64,000 nucleotides of DNA. Origin: an uncultured virus (IMG/VR IMGVR_UViG_3300031998_000023). Its lineage: Duplodnaviria > Heunggongvirae > Uroviricota > Caudoviricetes. The notes under the pieces are model-generated. The model did no database searches, was not told the DNA's origin, and was given only the letters and a program-made list of their open reading frames with translations. The stretch lies in IMG/VR virus record IMGVR_UViG_3300031998_000023; one strand, given 5' to 3'. Below, in pieces: positions 29,358-39,272 of this stretch (the first letter of the stretch is position 1; every line of letters begins with the position of its first letter). A program made the translations under genes and the position numbers.

Positions 29358-29429
29358 TGGGCCTTTGTGTAATGGTTAGCACACATGACTTTGACTCATG
29401 TAGTACAGGTTCGAATCCTGTAGGCCCAA
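29358..29429 (+). tRNA. tRNA-Gln(UUG), CCA not encoded
   Basis: Acceptor stem TGGGCCT/AGGCCCA; anticodon arm CATGA-CTTTGAC-TCATG (TTG at 29391-29393); T arm ACAGG-TTCGAAT-CCTGT. Confidence 0.93.
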
Positions 29430-29463
29430 CTTAAACTTGAATATTAATAAAATTTTTTATACT

Positions 29464-29934
29464 ATGAAGTTAATAATTTTCGATGGCCGTATCGGTGCTA
29501 AGGGAGCAGAAGTTTCGGCAACTAGGGGCGGTAAGCCTTTTGTAAGATTTAGTGTTGCAAATAATTCTTATGTAAATGGTCAGGATAAAACCGAGTGGTT
29601 CGATGTCACAAGTTATGACCCATTTATAATTGAAAACAAGGTTAATTCTTTGAAAAAAGGTACACCTGTTCAGATTGTCGGTACTTTGAACACTGAGGTC
29701 AAAGTTAAAGATGGTAAGGTTTGGGTAAACCAATATGTCACGGCTGACAGAATTGAGTTTATGTTTGTTGGAAAGAACGATGAACAAGGTAGTTCGTCAT
29801 CAGAAGCAACAGTTTCAACAGTGACTGGCGGAACACAGTCAGAGGCTATCATGAATGAGCCAGTATCTCAACCAGTGAACGAGCCTGAGCCAATGCCTAC
29901 ACCATCAGGTAGTGACGATGACCTTCCTTTCTAA
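29464..29934 (+). CDS. ssb: Single-stranded DNA-binding protein
   Basis: GRIG, FSVA, TEWFDV, KKG..V.I.G.L, acidic tail DDDLPF. Confidence 0.92.
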   Translation: MKLIIFDGRIGAKGAEVSATRGGKPFVRFSVANNSYVNGQDKTEWFDVTSYDPFIIENKVNSLKKGTPVQIVGTLNTEVKVKDGKVWVNQYVTADRIEFMFVGKNDEQGSSSSEATVSTVTGGTQSEAIMNEPVSQPVNEPEPMPTPSGSDDDLPF

Positions 29935-30025
29935 AGGACATTTTTAGTTAGTAAACTCTTATGCAAAAACAAGGCCATGTTGTTTGACCTTGTTTTTTTT
30001 ATATAAATTTTTAAATAAAACAGTT

Positions 30026-30367
30026 ATGATTGATATTAAGGAAATTTTAAGTGAACAAGATTTGAACGATTTTTTTGACCATAATGCAGATGATTTACAT
30101 GTTGTCAAGTTCGGTGCGGAATGGTGTGGACCTTGTAAATCACTTGAATCAAGATTAAAGAACATTGATTCAGAAAAAATCGGAAGCACATTATTTGCTG
30201 AAATTGATATTGCTGAAAACGATGAATGTGAAGCAATTTCAGAAAAATATGGCGTTACAAGTATTCCATGTATGATTTATTTCAAGAACAAAGAAATGGC
30301 AGACAGAAGTGTTGGGCTTGTTTCATTAGATGACATCTATAACAGAATCAATAAATTGAGTGAATAA
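30026..30367 (+). CDS. trxA: Thioredoxin
   Basis: FGAEWCGPCK, SIP. Confidence 0.92.
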   Translation: MIDIKEILSEQDLNDFFDHNADDLHVVKFGAEWCGPCKSLESRLKNIDSEKIGSTLFAEIDIAENDECEAISEKYGVTSIPCMIYFKNKEMADRSVGLVSLDDIYNRINKLSE

Positions 30368-30573
30368 TGGTTTGGGTTATAGGTATCATTAAATTTTTAT
30401 GTGCAGCAATAGCATTGTTCTGCACATGTGCATTTATATTGAGTTGCATAACAAGTGTTATTAATCCAAATTTTAAGGTTGAGGGTGATAAAGTTACCGA
30501 CAGCAATGATAATGTTAGATACATATTAGTTCTTATATTATCAATTGCTTGGGGTATTGTAATTGCTTTGTAA
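30367..30573 (+). CDS. Small two-TM membrane protein
   Basis: Two hydrophobic stretches. Confidence 0.6.
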   Translation: MVWVIGIIKFLCAAIALFCTCAFILSCITSVINPNFKVEGDKVTDSNDNVRYILVLILSIAWGIVIAL

Positions 30574-30824
30574 CATGGAAGATTTTGAGAAGAATACAGA
30601 ATGGATGAATGAAAAAGTGACCAAGATTGATGGCCACCGTTTTTTCTATAACTTTGTGTGCTTTTTCTTGTTTAGGGCAAGAAGAAAGATAACATACAAA
30701 GAGTTATTCCTATTGTATTATGGAATCCATAGAAAAACAATGGGTGAAAGTGATTCAAAGAAAAAAGCATTACAGTCCATTCTTAAAATTTATAAAGAAA
30801 ATAATGGTAAATATCCTGAAGTAA

Positions 30825-31205
30825 ATGATTGAGTATTTTGATGAATGTGGCACTAATGGCTGTGATGTAAAGGTATCATCACGAATTAGTAAACGTGGAA
30901 AACGACCTAAAAATTATTCATTGAGTAAGCCTAAAAAGGAATTTTATGGCGATGCAAGATTCAAGAATGGCGATTATAACGATTCTTATGAATGTCATAC
31001 ACATAAAGAAGAGTTATGTTTTGATATTGATGATTGCGATTGTGAGTGTGGCGACCCAATTGGCAACAAAGGAGTAGATGGCAGTAAGTATTTAAAAGCG
31101 TCTTATATACCTGACAAGAGTCTGTTAAAACCTATCAAAACTAAATATAACAATAAGTTAATAGATTATGGTGATGGCGAATGTTGCGGGGAGGCTTGTA
31201 GGTGA
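30825..31205 (+). CDS. Cys-rich hypothetical protein
   Basis: 126 aa ORF overlapping its neighbours. Confidence 0.55.
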   Translation: MIEYFDECGTNGCDVKVSSRISKRGKRPKNYSLSKPKKEFYGDARFKNGDYNDSYECHTHKEELCFDIDDCDCECGDPIGNKGVDGSKYLKASYIPDKSLLKPIKTKYNNKLIDYGDGECCGEACR

Positions 31206-31960
31206 TGATGAACGGTGATGATTATAGGCATTTTGTCTGTATTGTCGCAGGTGATAATCCATCAGAATTAATGGGGTATTATGATAAAAATCGTAAAGTT
31301 GAGCCATATATAGTTTATAGGTATTCAGACGCTGAAGAATTGAGGCAACGTTATATTGAAAGTTATCAATTAATGTTGAACCAAGATAACAGCGAATATG
31401 AAAAAGAATATATCCAAGAAATGATTCTTGATTTGTCTGAAATGTCTGCTGATGATTTCTATTATGAAATAACAGACGGTATGACAATAGACCCTGAAAA
31501 TGGAAATGCAATATCTGATGTAAACAAAGACGGAAAATTCAGTTACTGTAATGTTGGTAAGATATTTAGTGTTCCGTTTTTAACAAAAGATGGAAGGGAA
31601 GTATTCCAAGCAAGAAAAGGTGACATTGATTGGGATAAAATACATCTATCAAACAGTTACATATATGAACGTGCATGGGATATTGTTATGGAAAACTCAA
31701 AGCCAAAAGACGAACAAGAACAACAGATATATGATAATATGCATGATAAAGTGGCTTATTTCCAAAAATTTGAAAATAAGGAAAATTATGTAATAAGTAA
31801 TACAGCTTTTTGGGGATATGCTTTTCTTTCTGAAAAAACAGGATGGTCAGAAGCAACAGAAGTTGATGACCAATTTGTATGGATGGCAAACTATTACAAT
31901 TTGTTCATACAGAACCTGAGCGATGATACTTTATTGACAATCTACGAATGCGTTAGATAA
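31202..31960 (+). CDS. Hypothetical phage protein
   Basis: 252 aa ORF ending LLTIYEC. Confidence 0.7.
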   Translation: MMMNGDDYRHFVCIVAGDNPSELMGYYDKNRKVEPYIVYRYSDAEELRQRYIESYQLMLNQDNSEYEKEYIQEMILDLSEMSADDFYYEITDGMTIDPENGNAISDVNKDGKFSYCNVGKIFSVPFLTKDGREVFQARKGDIDWDKIHLSNSYIYERAWDIVMENSKPKDEQEQQIYDNMHDKVAYFQKFENKENYVISNTAFWGYAFLSEKTGWSEATEVDDQFVWMANYYNLFIQNLSDDTLLTIYECVR

Positions 31961-31986
31961 AAGTCTCGTGTACAAAGGCGGACTAT

Positions 31987-32020
31987 AAAAAAAGCGGGCC
32001 AAACGGTCCGCTTTTACTTT
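31987..32020. terminator. Bidirectional terminator
   Basis: AAAAGCGGGCC-AAAC-GGTCCGCTTTT between convergent genes. Confidence 0.8.
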
Positions 32021-32308
32021 TTAGTATTCATTGTATTTTTCTAACTCAAGTTCCAATGCCTTTCTTATTGTATTAGGGTCATATGAGTTTTTTATTTTTT
32101 CCAAATAAACAGAAAGGTCTTGGCAACACATATCAAGTTCTCTTTGGTCATCTTCATTTTCTTTAGGACTGAAGAAATTATCAGTCATGTTATTTAAGTC
32201 GCCAAAGAAATCATCGCTGTTAATATGTTCTTTTAACATTTTTCTAACAGCAGTGCTTACATATTTTTCCATTTGGCACTCATTAAGCCTTATCTGATTT
32301 TTTCCCAT
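32021..32308 (-). CDS. Hypothetical protein with LxEx-helix N-terminal motif
   Basis: IRLNECQMEKYVSTAVRKMLKE. Confidence 0.65.
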   Translation of the reverse strand: MGKNQIRLNECQMEKYVSTAVRKMLKEHINSDDFFGDLNNMTDNFFSPKENEDDQRELDMCCQDLSVYLEKIKNSYDPNTIRKALELELEKYNEY

Positions 32309-32981
32309 TTCTTTTACTGCTTAATTTTGTTTTATTTACGATGTTCTTATCATCATTCTTTTCTTTGAATTTACCTGCTGCCAAATCATCTGCCTTTTTG
32401 AATGCATCATCGCCATATGTACTTAATATGTGCTTTTGTTTTATGGCCTTTGGATTAAGGTTTTGCTTTTCTAAATCGCCTTCACCTTTGAATCCCCAAT
32501 TCCCTCTTGGCTTAAATTCAGTGTCGTTTACAAGGCTGTGTAAATAAGGATTTTCATATTGATATTCTTTTGCTCCATCATCTTTTTTAGCATCGTATCT
32601 ATCACTTCTCTTTCCATAAAGGTCTTTTGATTTTTGTCCATATGCTGTTTCAGGGTCTTTTCTTACCAAGAAAGTACCATCTTTAAATTCTAAAGGTTGG
32701 AAATTGTTGTTGTTATAAGTTGAGTTTCTATCCCAACCACCCATTCCATATCTTCTATAATGCTCTTCCTTATCAACTGGTACATATTGGTCAAAATCCT
32801 CATCACTCATATTAAATAAGTCATTACCGAAACTTGAGCTCCAATTACCTTGTACCAATCCACCATGTTCTCTTGCAAAATTCTTTAATTTTCTGCTTTT
32901 GAATGCTTCATTCAAATGCCTTTTGATTGATTCTTCTATAATTGTGGCCAATTTTGACTCACTGATTAATTGTTTTGCCAT
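32283..32981 (-). CDS. Hypothetical protein with LxES-helix N-terminal motif (possible virion internal protein)
   Basis: MAKQLISESKLATIIEESIKRHLNEA. Confidence 0.65.
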   Translation of the reverse strand: MAKQLISESKLATIIEESIKRHLNEAFKSRKLKNFAREHGGLVQGNWSSSFGNDLFNMSDEDFDQYVPVDKEEHYRRYGMGGWDRNSTYNNNNFQPLEFKDGTFLVRKDPETAYGQKSKDLYGKRSDRYDAKKDDGAKEYQYENPYLHSLVNDTEFKPRGNWGFKGEGDLEKQNLNPKAIKQKHILSTYGDDAFKKADDLAAGKFKEKNDDKNIVNKTKLSSKRNGKKSDKA

Positions 32982-32982
32982 G

Positions 32983-34503
32983 TTATCCAAATATTGCATC
33001 GTCAGAAAAACCGATTTTAAGTTTACCTTGTTCGGTTTCTGTTATTTTTATTTCGTTTACGGTTTCTTCTAAGTATGATTTAATTGTTTCTTTAATGATT
33101 GGTTCAAGCCTTTCATTTATTAATTCATCCAAATCATCAATAAGTTTGTTTATCCTTGAAGTGGCATAGTCTTCAAATGAACGCAATTCACCATTCTTAA
33201 CAATCCACTTTCTGTAATATTCTTCTATGTCTGCATCGGTGTCTTTTATAACAATTGAATCACCTTCAGCAAGTTCTTTCTTAATCCATTCATTTCCGTT
33301 CCATTCATTGATGTAGAAAGAAACTTTGAAGTTATCAAATGAAGCGCCTCTATCATCAACATCAATGAAATTTACACCATTTGATAATTCAGTTATTTGC
33401 TTTTTAGTCGCATAGACGTTTATCGTGGTCCATATTTGATTTGTTTCCGGAATTAGTATTGTTGGATAATCTTGCCCGAAAATGCTCTCTACGCCCTTAT
33501 AATTGGTTCCATCGTAATCTTTTACAAGCCTTATTGCATAGAACCCAACGTCAGTTATATCTTGTCCAACTTTATTGGTGTCATATACGAACATTTTTAC
33601 ATAATATCCATCTTCTGTTAATGTTGATGTCCATATAGTTGATGCACTACCAAATCCTGTAGGTGTTTTATCTCCATTATAGTCGTTTCCTACAGGTATA
33701 ATATCAAATCCATATACATCAAATCCACAAGTACCGTTTTCATTTATAGGGTTGTCATTGTAGGCCCATAAATAATCTGATTTTAATGGCTGTGCGGCTA
33801 TTTCTCCCAAGAAACCAATTGTTTCTGAACTATGTGGTAAATATCCTGGTTCTGTGTGCTCAGTTTCTAATGAATCCAATAAAACATCCCAATCATGTTT
33901 TGATGGTATTCTCCAATCACTATTTTCATCTGTTAGATATTCAGATATAATATCAAGTCCATCTACTGAATATAGTTTACCAAATATGTCACTTATTTCT
34001 TTTGTGACAACTCTATATCCTGGTGTCATTCCTGATGTTGGCAACTCTTCACCTGAGTTCAATTCTATATATTCGCTTGCAGGTGAATATGAACCTGTTT
34101 TTTCAGTGTTTTTAACTCCCAATGGAGAATTTATTGAGCCGTTTCCTTTTAATGTGCTATCAGTGTATAATGTTGTTGTAAAGCCTGAAATTACAAGTTG
34201 CTCATCATTTGGATATGTTATCGTAAGATTACCATTTGATGAATCATAATTAAATTTAAGATTATCTGTTGTTATTGTTGTACTTTCATTTAATTCAACA
34301 GACATTTCGCCACCATTTAATCTTCTCAATATAAGGTGGTTGTTATCTATTGCAACTGCTGCAATATCATGGCCCCTTAATGTGTTGAAGTTCTCATCAA
34401 CTTCAATGGCTTTTAGTGCGCAATTCTTAACTTCATCACCTGGATATGCCATTGTTTCAGGTAATTTGTAATATTTTACACCGTTAATTAATATTGTATC
34501 CAT
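32983..34503 (-). CDS. FISUMP (Fibrobacter succinogenes major paralogous domain)-like protein, probably virion-associated
   Basis: GKLY, WRIPSKHDW, LKS...W, GF...PVG, IWTST, AIRLVKD. Confidence 0.7.
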   Translation of the reverse strand: MDTILINGVKYYKLPETMAYPGDEVKNCALKAIEVDENFNTLRGHDIAAVAIDNNHLILRRLNGGEMSVELNESTTITTDNLKFNYDSSNGNLTITYPNDEQLVISGFTTTLYTDSTLKGNGSINSPLGVKNTEKTGSYSPASEYIELNSGEELPTSGMTPGYRVVTKEISDIFGKLYSVDGLDIISEYLTDENSDWRIPSKHDWDVLLDSLETEHTEPGYLPHSSETIGFLGEIAAQPLKSDYLWAYNDNPINENGTCGFDVYGFDIIPVGNDYNGDKTPTGFGSASTIWTSTLTEDGYYVKMFVYDTNKVGQDITDVGFYAIRLVKDYDGTNYKGVESIFGQDYPTILIPETNQIWTTINVYATKKQITELSNGVNFIDVDDRGASFDNFKVSFYINEWNGNEWIKKELAEGDSIVIKDTDADIEEYYRKWIVKNGELRSFEDYATSRINKLIDDLDELINERLEPIIKETIKSYLEETVNEIKITETEQGKLKIGFSDDAIFG

Positions 34504-34530
34504 TTATATGTGTTAAATTAAAATCTTTAT

Positions 34531-36108
34531 TTAAGATAAATAGTTTTTTATTGCGCAATAGTCAATAAATCCAAGGTACATTTTGAATGCTTTGATGTCA
34601 CCTATGAATGTGCCGCAGAAGTCTTGTTCTATAGGCCATGGGCTTCTTTCAACATCACAGTCTCTTGCAAATAATGTTTCCATTAAACCTATTGAGCCAC
34701 CACCTAATGATATATTATAAGGAACGCCCTCTTGTCTTTGGTAAACCTCATCCAATTCTTTGAATGAAAGTGCTGTAAGTTCCTTGCTTATGAATTTAAG
34801 GAATCCATTGACATAAATCATAATTTTCATTTTTCTTGGCCTTGTGTCACATTTGTCATCAGTTGGATTAAGTATGGCAAATCTAACGTTTACTGAGTTC
34901 CATTTATCATTTTCTATGATTCCTGGCTTTGAATATTCTTCGATAACACTGTAATGGTTTTCCGCATCGCAGTCTAATATACCATATCTATAGCCAATAG
35001 CGCCATCAGGAGTAACCCTTAATGCAAATACATTGTTCTTAACATCTTTTAGGACATTGTTTACTATTTCAGCAACTATTTCTTCCTCTGTTTTTCCTTC
35101 CAATTCATCTATGTTTTCGATTAGTTCATCAATATTATCAATAGTGAATCCTGTTTCAGTTCTGTTAAGCCATGGGAAATAGTTAATATTCTTTTTCTTT
35201 TTACCTTTGAGTCTGAACCTTATTCCTTCAATCCAATTATCAACCGTAAATCCCGTTTCTGTTCTATTGAAAACCAAGAATTTATTGTCTGAATCATTAA
35301 TTATGTATTCCGTTTGTTGGTTTAATGGATTACCATCTGAATCTGTATATGACCCGTCAATTGAATTACACTTTTCTTCCGCCTCTTCGACATAATCTTC
35401 AGGGAAGTAACTATCAGTGTCTTCTTCTGGAATTGGTATTGTTTCTTCATTTGAGTACAATTTCCAAAACTTGTTTTCTGCTCTTGTTCCCATGTAGAAG
35501 AATATTCCCGTATTTCCACTATGTGTGTTATTTACAGAATTTTCTGCTATCTCATAATCAGTTCTTGGCCTTAAATCGAAATGTAAAACTATGTCTTTAG
35601 TGATTCTATCAGGCAATACTTGATAGTCATGGCCAAATAATTTAAAGAAGCCTTGATAGAATCCACCTTTGAATGACATGTATTTAGTATCACCACTTTT
35701 AACTATCTCGCTATCATAAGAGTACAATTTAGTATTGCTTCTTATTGGTGATAGGAATAGTCTTGTATCTCCTGATTCAATGTTATATGTTGTATTGAAG
35801 AATATGTTAAGGAAGTCATCATCAGTTATACGGTCCTTATCAAAATATATGAATCCATTGTCAATACCAGTCATACCAATATCATGCATTTCAACACCAT
35901 TGTTTGTTGAACCGCTCCACTGTATTGATGAATACCACTTTCCATTTTCAAAATCAAAATCAGAAAAGTCGGCAATTGCCATGTCTTCTATGTTTTCAGC
36001 GCAATCACAAGCGGTTTCGCCTTTGTATAGCATGAAATCATAGTATTTCTGATTAAATAATTTGGCATCCAAACGTCTGTAATGCTTATTTTTAATGTTT
36101 TGGTGCAT
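34531..36108 (-). CDS. Large hypothetical protein, possible LamG/ConA-like structural protein
   Basis: 525 aa; WNSV.V...IYVNG...F.G.I..FKMY pattern; ACTATTTAT upstream. Confidence 0.55.
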   Translation of the reverse strand: MHQNIKNKHYRRLDAKLFNQKYYDFMLYKGETACDCAENIEDMAIADFSDFDFENGKWYSSIQWSGSTNNGVEMHDIGMTGIDNGFIYFDKDRITDDDFLNIFFNTTYNIESGDTRLFLSPIRSNTKLYSYDSEIVKSGDTKYMSFKGGFYQGFFKLFGHDYQVLPDRITKDIVLHFDLRPRTDYEIAENSVNNTHSGNTGIFFYMGTRAENKFWKLYSNEETIPIPEEDTDSYFPEDYVEEAEEKCNSIDGSYTDSDGNPLNQQTEYIINDSDNKFLVFNRTETGFTVDNWIEGIRFRLKGKKKKNINYFPWLNRTETGFTIDNIDELIENIDELEGKTEEEIVAEIVNNVLKDVKNNVFALRVTPDGAIGYRYGILDCDAENHYSVIEEYSKPGIIENDKWNSVNVRFAILNPTDDKCDTRPRKMKIMIYVNGFLKFISKELTALSFKELDEVYQRQEGVPYNISLGGGSIGLMETLFARDCDVERSPWPIEQDFCGTFIGDIKAFKMYLGFIDYCAIKNYLS

Positions 36109-36207
36109 AGTATTTCTTATAGATAAAATTATTCTTTAATAAATAGTTTTGATATGCCATATTTTTTTTGTATATTAGGATGTAGTGATTAAAATTTAAC
36201 AGTAGAA

Positions 36208-37269
36208 ATGACTGAGAAAAAAGATTATTATTCAATCCTTGGGGTATCTAAGGATGCTTCAGAAGAAGAAATAAAAAAGTCTTATAGAAAATTAGCAATG
36301 CAGTTTCACCCTGATAGGTGGGCAAATGGTACTGAACAGGAGAAAAAGGATGCAGAGGCTAAGTTCAAAGATATAGCCGAGGCATATGAAATTCTTTCAG
36401 ACCCACAAAAGAGGGCCCACTATGATAATGGTGGAATGGATTTTGATTTAGGCGGATTTGACCCTATGGACATTTTTGCTCGTATGGCAGGAATGGGAGG
36501 CGGCAGTCCGTTTGATAGTATGTTTGGCGGTGGACAGCGTGTTAGAAAAGGAAGCGACACTCATACTGATGTCACATTGACAATTGAAGAGGCATATAAG
36601 GGTTGCAAAAAGAAAGTTAAAATTAGAAAACAGAAAATATGCCCACACTGTAATGGACATGGAACTGAAGATGGAAAAGACCATATTTGTCCTGCATGCG
36701 GTGGAACTGGCATGATAACAAATAAAAGACAATTTGGTAATCAATTTTATAGTACATCATATCCTTGCTCACAATGTAAAGGAAGTGGAATGGACCTGAA
36801 TGCCCATATGTGCAGTAAATGCGCAGGAAGTGGAACTGTATATGAATATGTTGATGAAGAAATAGATATTCCACGTGGTGTTGCAAATGGAATGGCATTT
36901 AGAGTTGATGGACTTGGAAATGCTTGTGATGGCGGGATAAACGGAGATTTGATTGTTCGTGTTAATGTGTTGGAAGACAACTACTTTCAACGTCCTGACC
37001 CAATTAATGTGATTCACTATGAAAATGTTCCATTCAATGAAGCGTTGCTTGGATTCACGAAAGAATTCAGATGCGTTGATGGAACAAAGGTAACTGTAAA
37101 TGCACATGAACTTACCAAGCCTGGTGAAGCTTTCATATTCAAAGGAAAAGGTATGCCTGATGTAACAGGTAGAGGTGGCGTTGGTGACTATGCAATTGTT
37201 GTTAATTACGAATTACCAAATAAGCTTACAGATAAGCAGAAAGAATTACTTAAAAACTTTTATAAATAA
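36208..37269 (+). CDS. dnaJ: DnaJ chaperone
   Basis: DYYSILGV, HPD, G/F region, four CxxCxGxG repeats. Confidence 0.96.
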   Translation: MTEKKDYYSILGVSKDASEEEIKKSYRKLAMQFHPDRWANGTEQEKKDAEAKFKDIAEAYEILSDPQKRAHYDNGGMDFDLGGFDPMDIFARMAGMGGGSPFDSMFGGGQRVRKGSDTHTDVTLTIEEAYKGCKKKVKIRKQKICPHCNGHGTEDGKDHICPACGGTGMITNKRQFGNQFYSTSYPCSQCKGSGMDLNAHMCSKCAGSGTVYEYVDEEIDIPRGVANGMAFRVDGLGNACDGGINGDLIVRVNVLEDNYFQRPDPINVIHYENVPFNEALLGFTKEFRCVDGTKVTVNAHELTKPGEAFIFKGKGMPDVTGRGGVGDYAIVVNYELPNKLTDKQKELLKNFYK

Positions 37270-37286
37270 TTTGGCATAATTTTTGT

Positions 37287-37484
37287 ATGAACGGAAAAAG
37301 ATTAACGCTACAGCAATGCCATATATGCGGAAAAGTTATAAGTGGTACTGCAAATCTTATAAGACATATTAAGTCTTGTAAGAAAAAAATGTGTGAATCT
37401 TGTGATAATGAAGAAACTTGTAAATATAAATTTTGGTCATTAAATTGTCCGTTAAAAAATGAAAATAATATTCTTGGATATTGA
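37287..37484 (+). CDS. Small zinc-finger-like protein
   Basis: CHICGK...LIRHIKSC; CESC..C. Confidence 0.45.
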   Translation: MNGKRLTLQQCHICGKVISGTANLIRHIKSCKKKMCESCDNEETCKYKFWSLNCPLKNENNILGY

Positions 37485-37941
37485 TGGCGTGTTGAACTAC
37501 ACTCAATGGTATGTCTCTGACAGGAACCCAGGAAATCTTAATGGGGAAGAGGGAGATATTGACCCATTGTGTGCTGAAAGAGTCAACCGTATATGTGAAG
37601 AAACAGGTGCAAAAATAGTTCTTTCAAGTGATTGGAGAATTAATTGGCCTTGTTGTATTGACCGCATAGAAAAAGGTGGTATTAAGCATGGACTTATTAT
37701 TGACAAAACTCCTGAACATATGTGGGTTGAGCACGTCACACAAGATTTCCTTGACTTCACTTCAAGAGGGTCCGAAATTGAGGATTGGCTTTCTCAACAC
37801 CCTGAATGTGACAGATATGTAATTCTTGATGATAGGAAAGACTTCACTGAAGAACAGAAGCCTAATTTTGTCCATGTGAATTCAATGCGTGGACTTGACG
37901 ATGATGATGTTAATTTTTCAATTCAAATTTTAAACAGATAA
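37459..37941 (+). CDS. HAD domain protein (Swiss-Army-knife RNA-repair type)
   Basis: IIFLDIDGVLN, IVLSSDWR, RGSEI..WL, YVILDD. Confidence 0.85.
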   Translation: MKIIFLDIDGVLNYTQWYVSDRNPGNLNGEEGDIDPLCAERVNRICEETGAKIVLSSDWRINWPCCIDRIEKGGIKHGLIIDKTPEHMWVEHVTQDFLDFTSRGSEIEDWLSQHPECDRYVILDDRKDFTEEQKPNFVHVNSMRGLDDDDVNFSIQILNR

Positions 37942-37945
37942 AGAT

Positions 37946-38290
37946 ATGTCCAAAGAAGAAACTGCATTGTTAATAAAGGACCTATGTGGAAGGTTGGCGT
38001 ATGGCGTAATGGTAAGAACTTCGATTTCTGCTAAGCCTTTAACTTGTGAAATTCTTTCTCACATTATTAATGGGACTAATAATTTCACTATACTTCCATA
38101 TCTCAGGCCAATGTCATCAATGACAGATGAAGAAAAGGAAACATATGACTGTTTCTTTGATGAAAACGGTTCAATGAATTGTTCTGTTTCTGCATATGTT
38201 GATTGGCTTCTTTCTTGTCATTTTGACTTTCGTGGCCTAATTCCTATGGGGTTAGCCTTGGAAGCGCCTAAAGATATGTATAAGATTTAA
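37946..38290 (+). CDS. Hypothetical protein, paralogue family C
   Basis: LLIKDLCGRLAYG...PYLRPMSSMT...HFDFRGLIPMGLALEAP. Confidence 0.7.
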   Translation: MSKEETALLIKDLCGRLAYGVMVRTSISAKPLTCEILSHIINGTNNFTILPYLRPMSSMTDEEKETYDCFFDENGSMNCSVSAYVDWLLSCHFDFRGLIPMGLALEAPKDMYKI

Positions 38291-38301
38291 ATTTGAATAA
38301 T

Positions 38302-38763
38302 ATGAAAAAGAAAGAACCTATTTTTGAAATTATCGTTAATGGCAATGTAACGGAAGAAATTGTTGGATGGGACAAATTTGCCGAAGTTGAGAACATGTAT
38401 CTTGAACTGTTTTTTAAAGAAGGGTTTGAATCGCTATCTTCTTCATCAAGAGGCTCATCTGGCTATAAACTTTTGTTCAATCGTGAAACTCTTAAATCAT
38501 CAACATTTGCTTGGAGAGAGTTTACAGGTTTCTTGGATATGAATGGAAATCGTGTATATGATGGCGATATGCTTTATAGTCTTGAAGATGAAGAGGAATT
38601 TTCTCTAAATGAATATCCTGAAATGAATGGAAAAGAAGGATATTATTTGAGAAGAAATAATAGTTGGACAGAGATTCCAATAACAGGTTCTGAAATTAAA
38701 AAAGGATATACGGTTATACATCGTGTGTTTCCCGACATTGTAAATAATAAGATTAAAAAATAA
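38302..38763 (+). CDS. YopX-like domain protein
   Basis: EFTGFLDMNGNRVYDGD. Confidence 0.6.
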   Translation: MKKKEPIFEIIVNGNVTEEIVGWDKFAEVENMYLELFFKEGFESLSSSSRGSSGYKLLFNRETLKSSTFAWREFTGFLDMNGNRVYDGDMLYSLEDEEEFSLNEYPEMNGKEGYYLRRNNSWTEIPITGSEIKKGYTVIHRVFPDIVNNKIKK

Positions 38764-38766
38764 CTC

Positions 38767-39270
38767 ATGAAAAAGGAACAAATTGTTGAAACCTTGGTTA
38801 AATTCTTCGGTGAAGGCGCAACAAAAGGAGAAATCCAAGAAACAATGGAAGAATTTACCAATAGTGTAATAGAAAAGATAGCAAAGGACCCGCTGGATAT
38901 TACTCCAATCAAACCGATTGTAGATAAAATTTTCTCATTGTGTCCAAAGTGTAATTTCATTCCTCTTGCTTATGATTTTAATGATTATAGCAACCTAAAG
39001 ACCGAAAAGGACTTTGATGAAATTACTGACTTTATTACTGAAATAATTTCTGAAAACACTGATTATATAGTTCCGTTTGAGGATGACGATATGAAAGTGA
39101 GTGAAGTAAAGGAAATGTGGAAACTATGGGAAGATGCTGTTAAAAAGTGTTATATTCCTGTTGGTACAGATATTGATGCTTGCGATTGCATAGAAAGCAC
39201 ATATTATAGTGTATATGGCTATGATAGAAAAAAAGAAAAAATTACATATCTTAGTGAAATAAATTCATAA
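38767..39270 (+). CDS. Hypothetical protein
   Basis: 167 aa ORF. Confidence 0.65.
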   Translation: MKKEQIVETLVKFFGEGATKGEIQETMEEFTNSVIEKIAKDPLDITPIKPIVDKIFSLCPKCNFIPLAYDFNDYSNLKTEKDFDEITDFITEIISENTDYIVPFEDDDMKVSEVKEMWKLWEDAVKKCYIPVGTDIDACDCIESTYYSVYGYDRKKEKITYLSEINS

Positions 39271-39272
39271 TT

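Noticed and set aside
32983..34503. Diversity-generating retroelement targeting the FISUMP-like gene
   Set aside because: No reverse transcriptase and no template/variable repeat pair seen in the window
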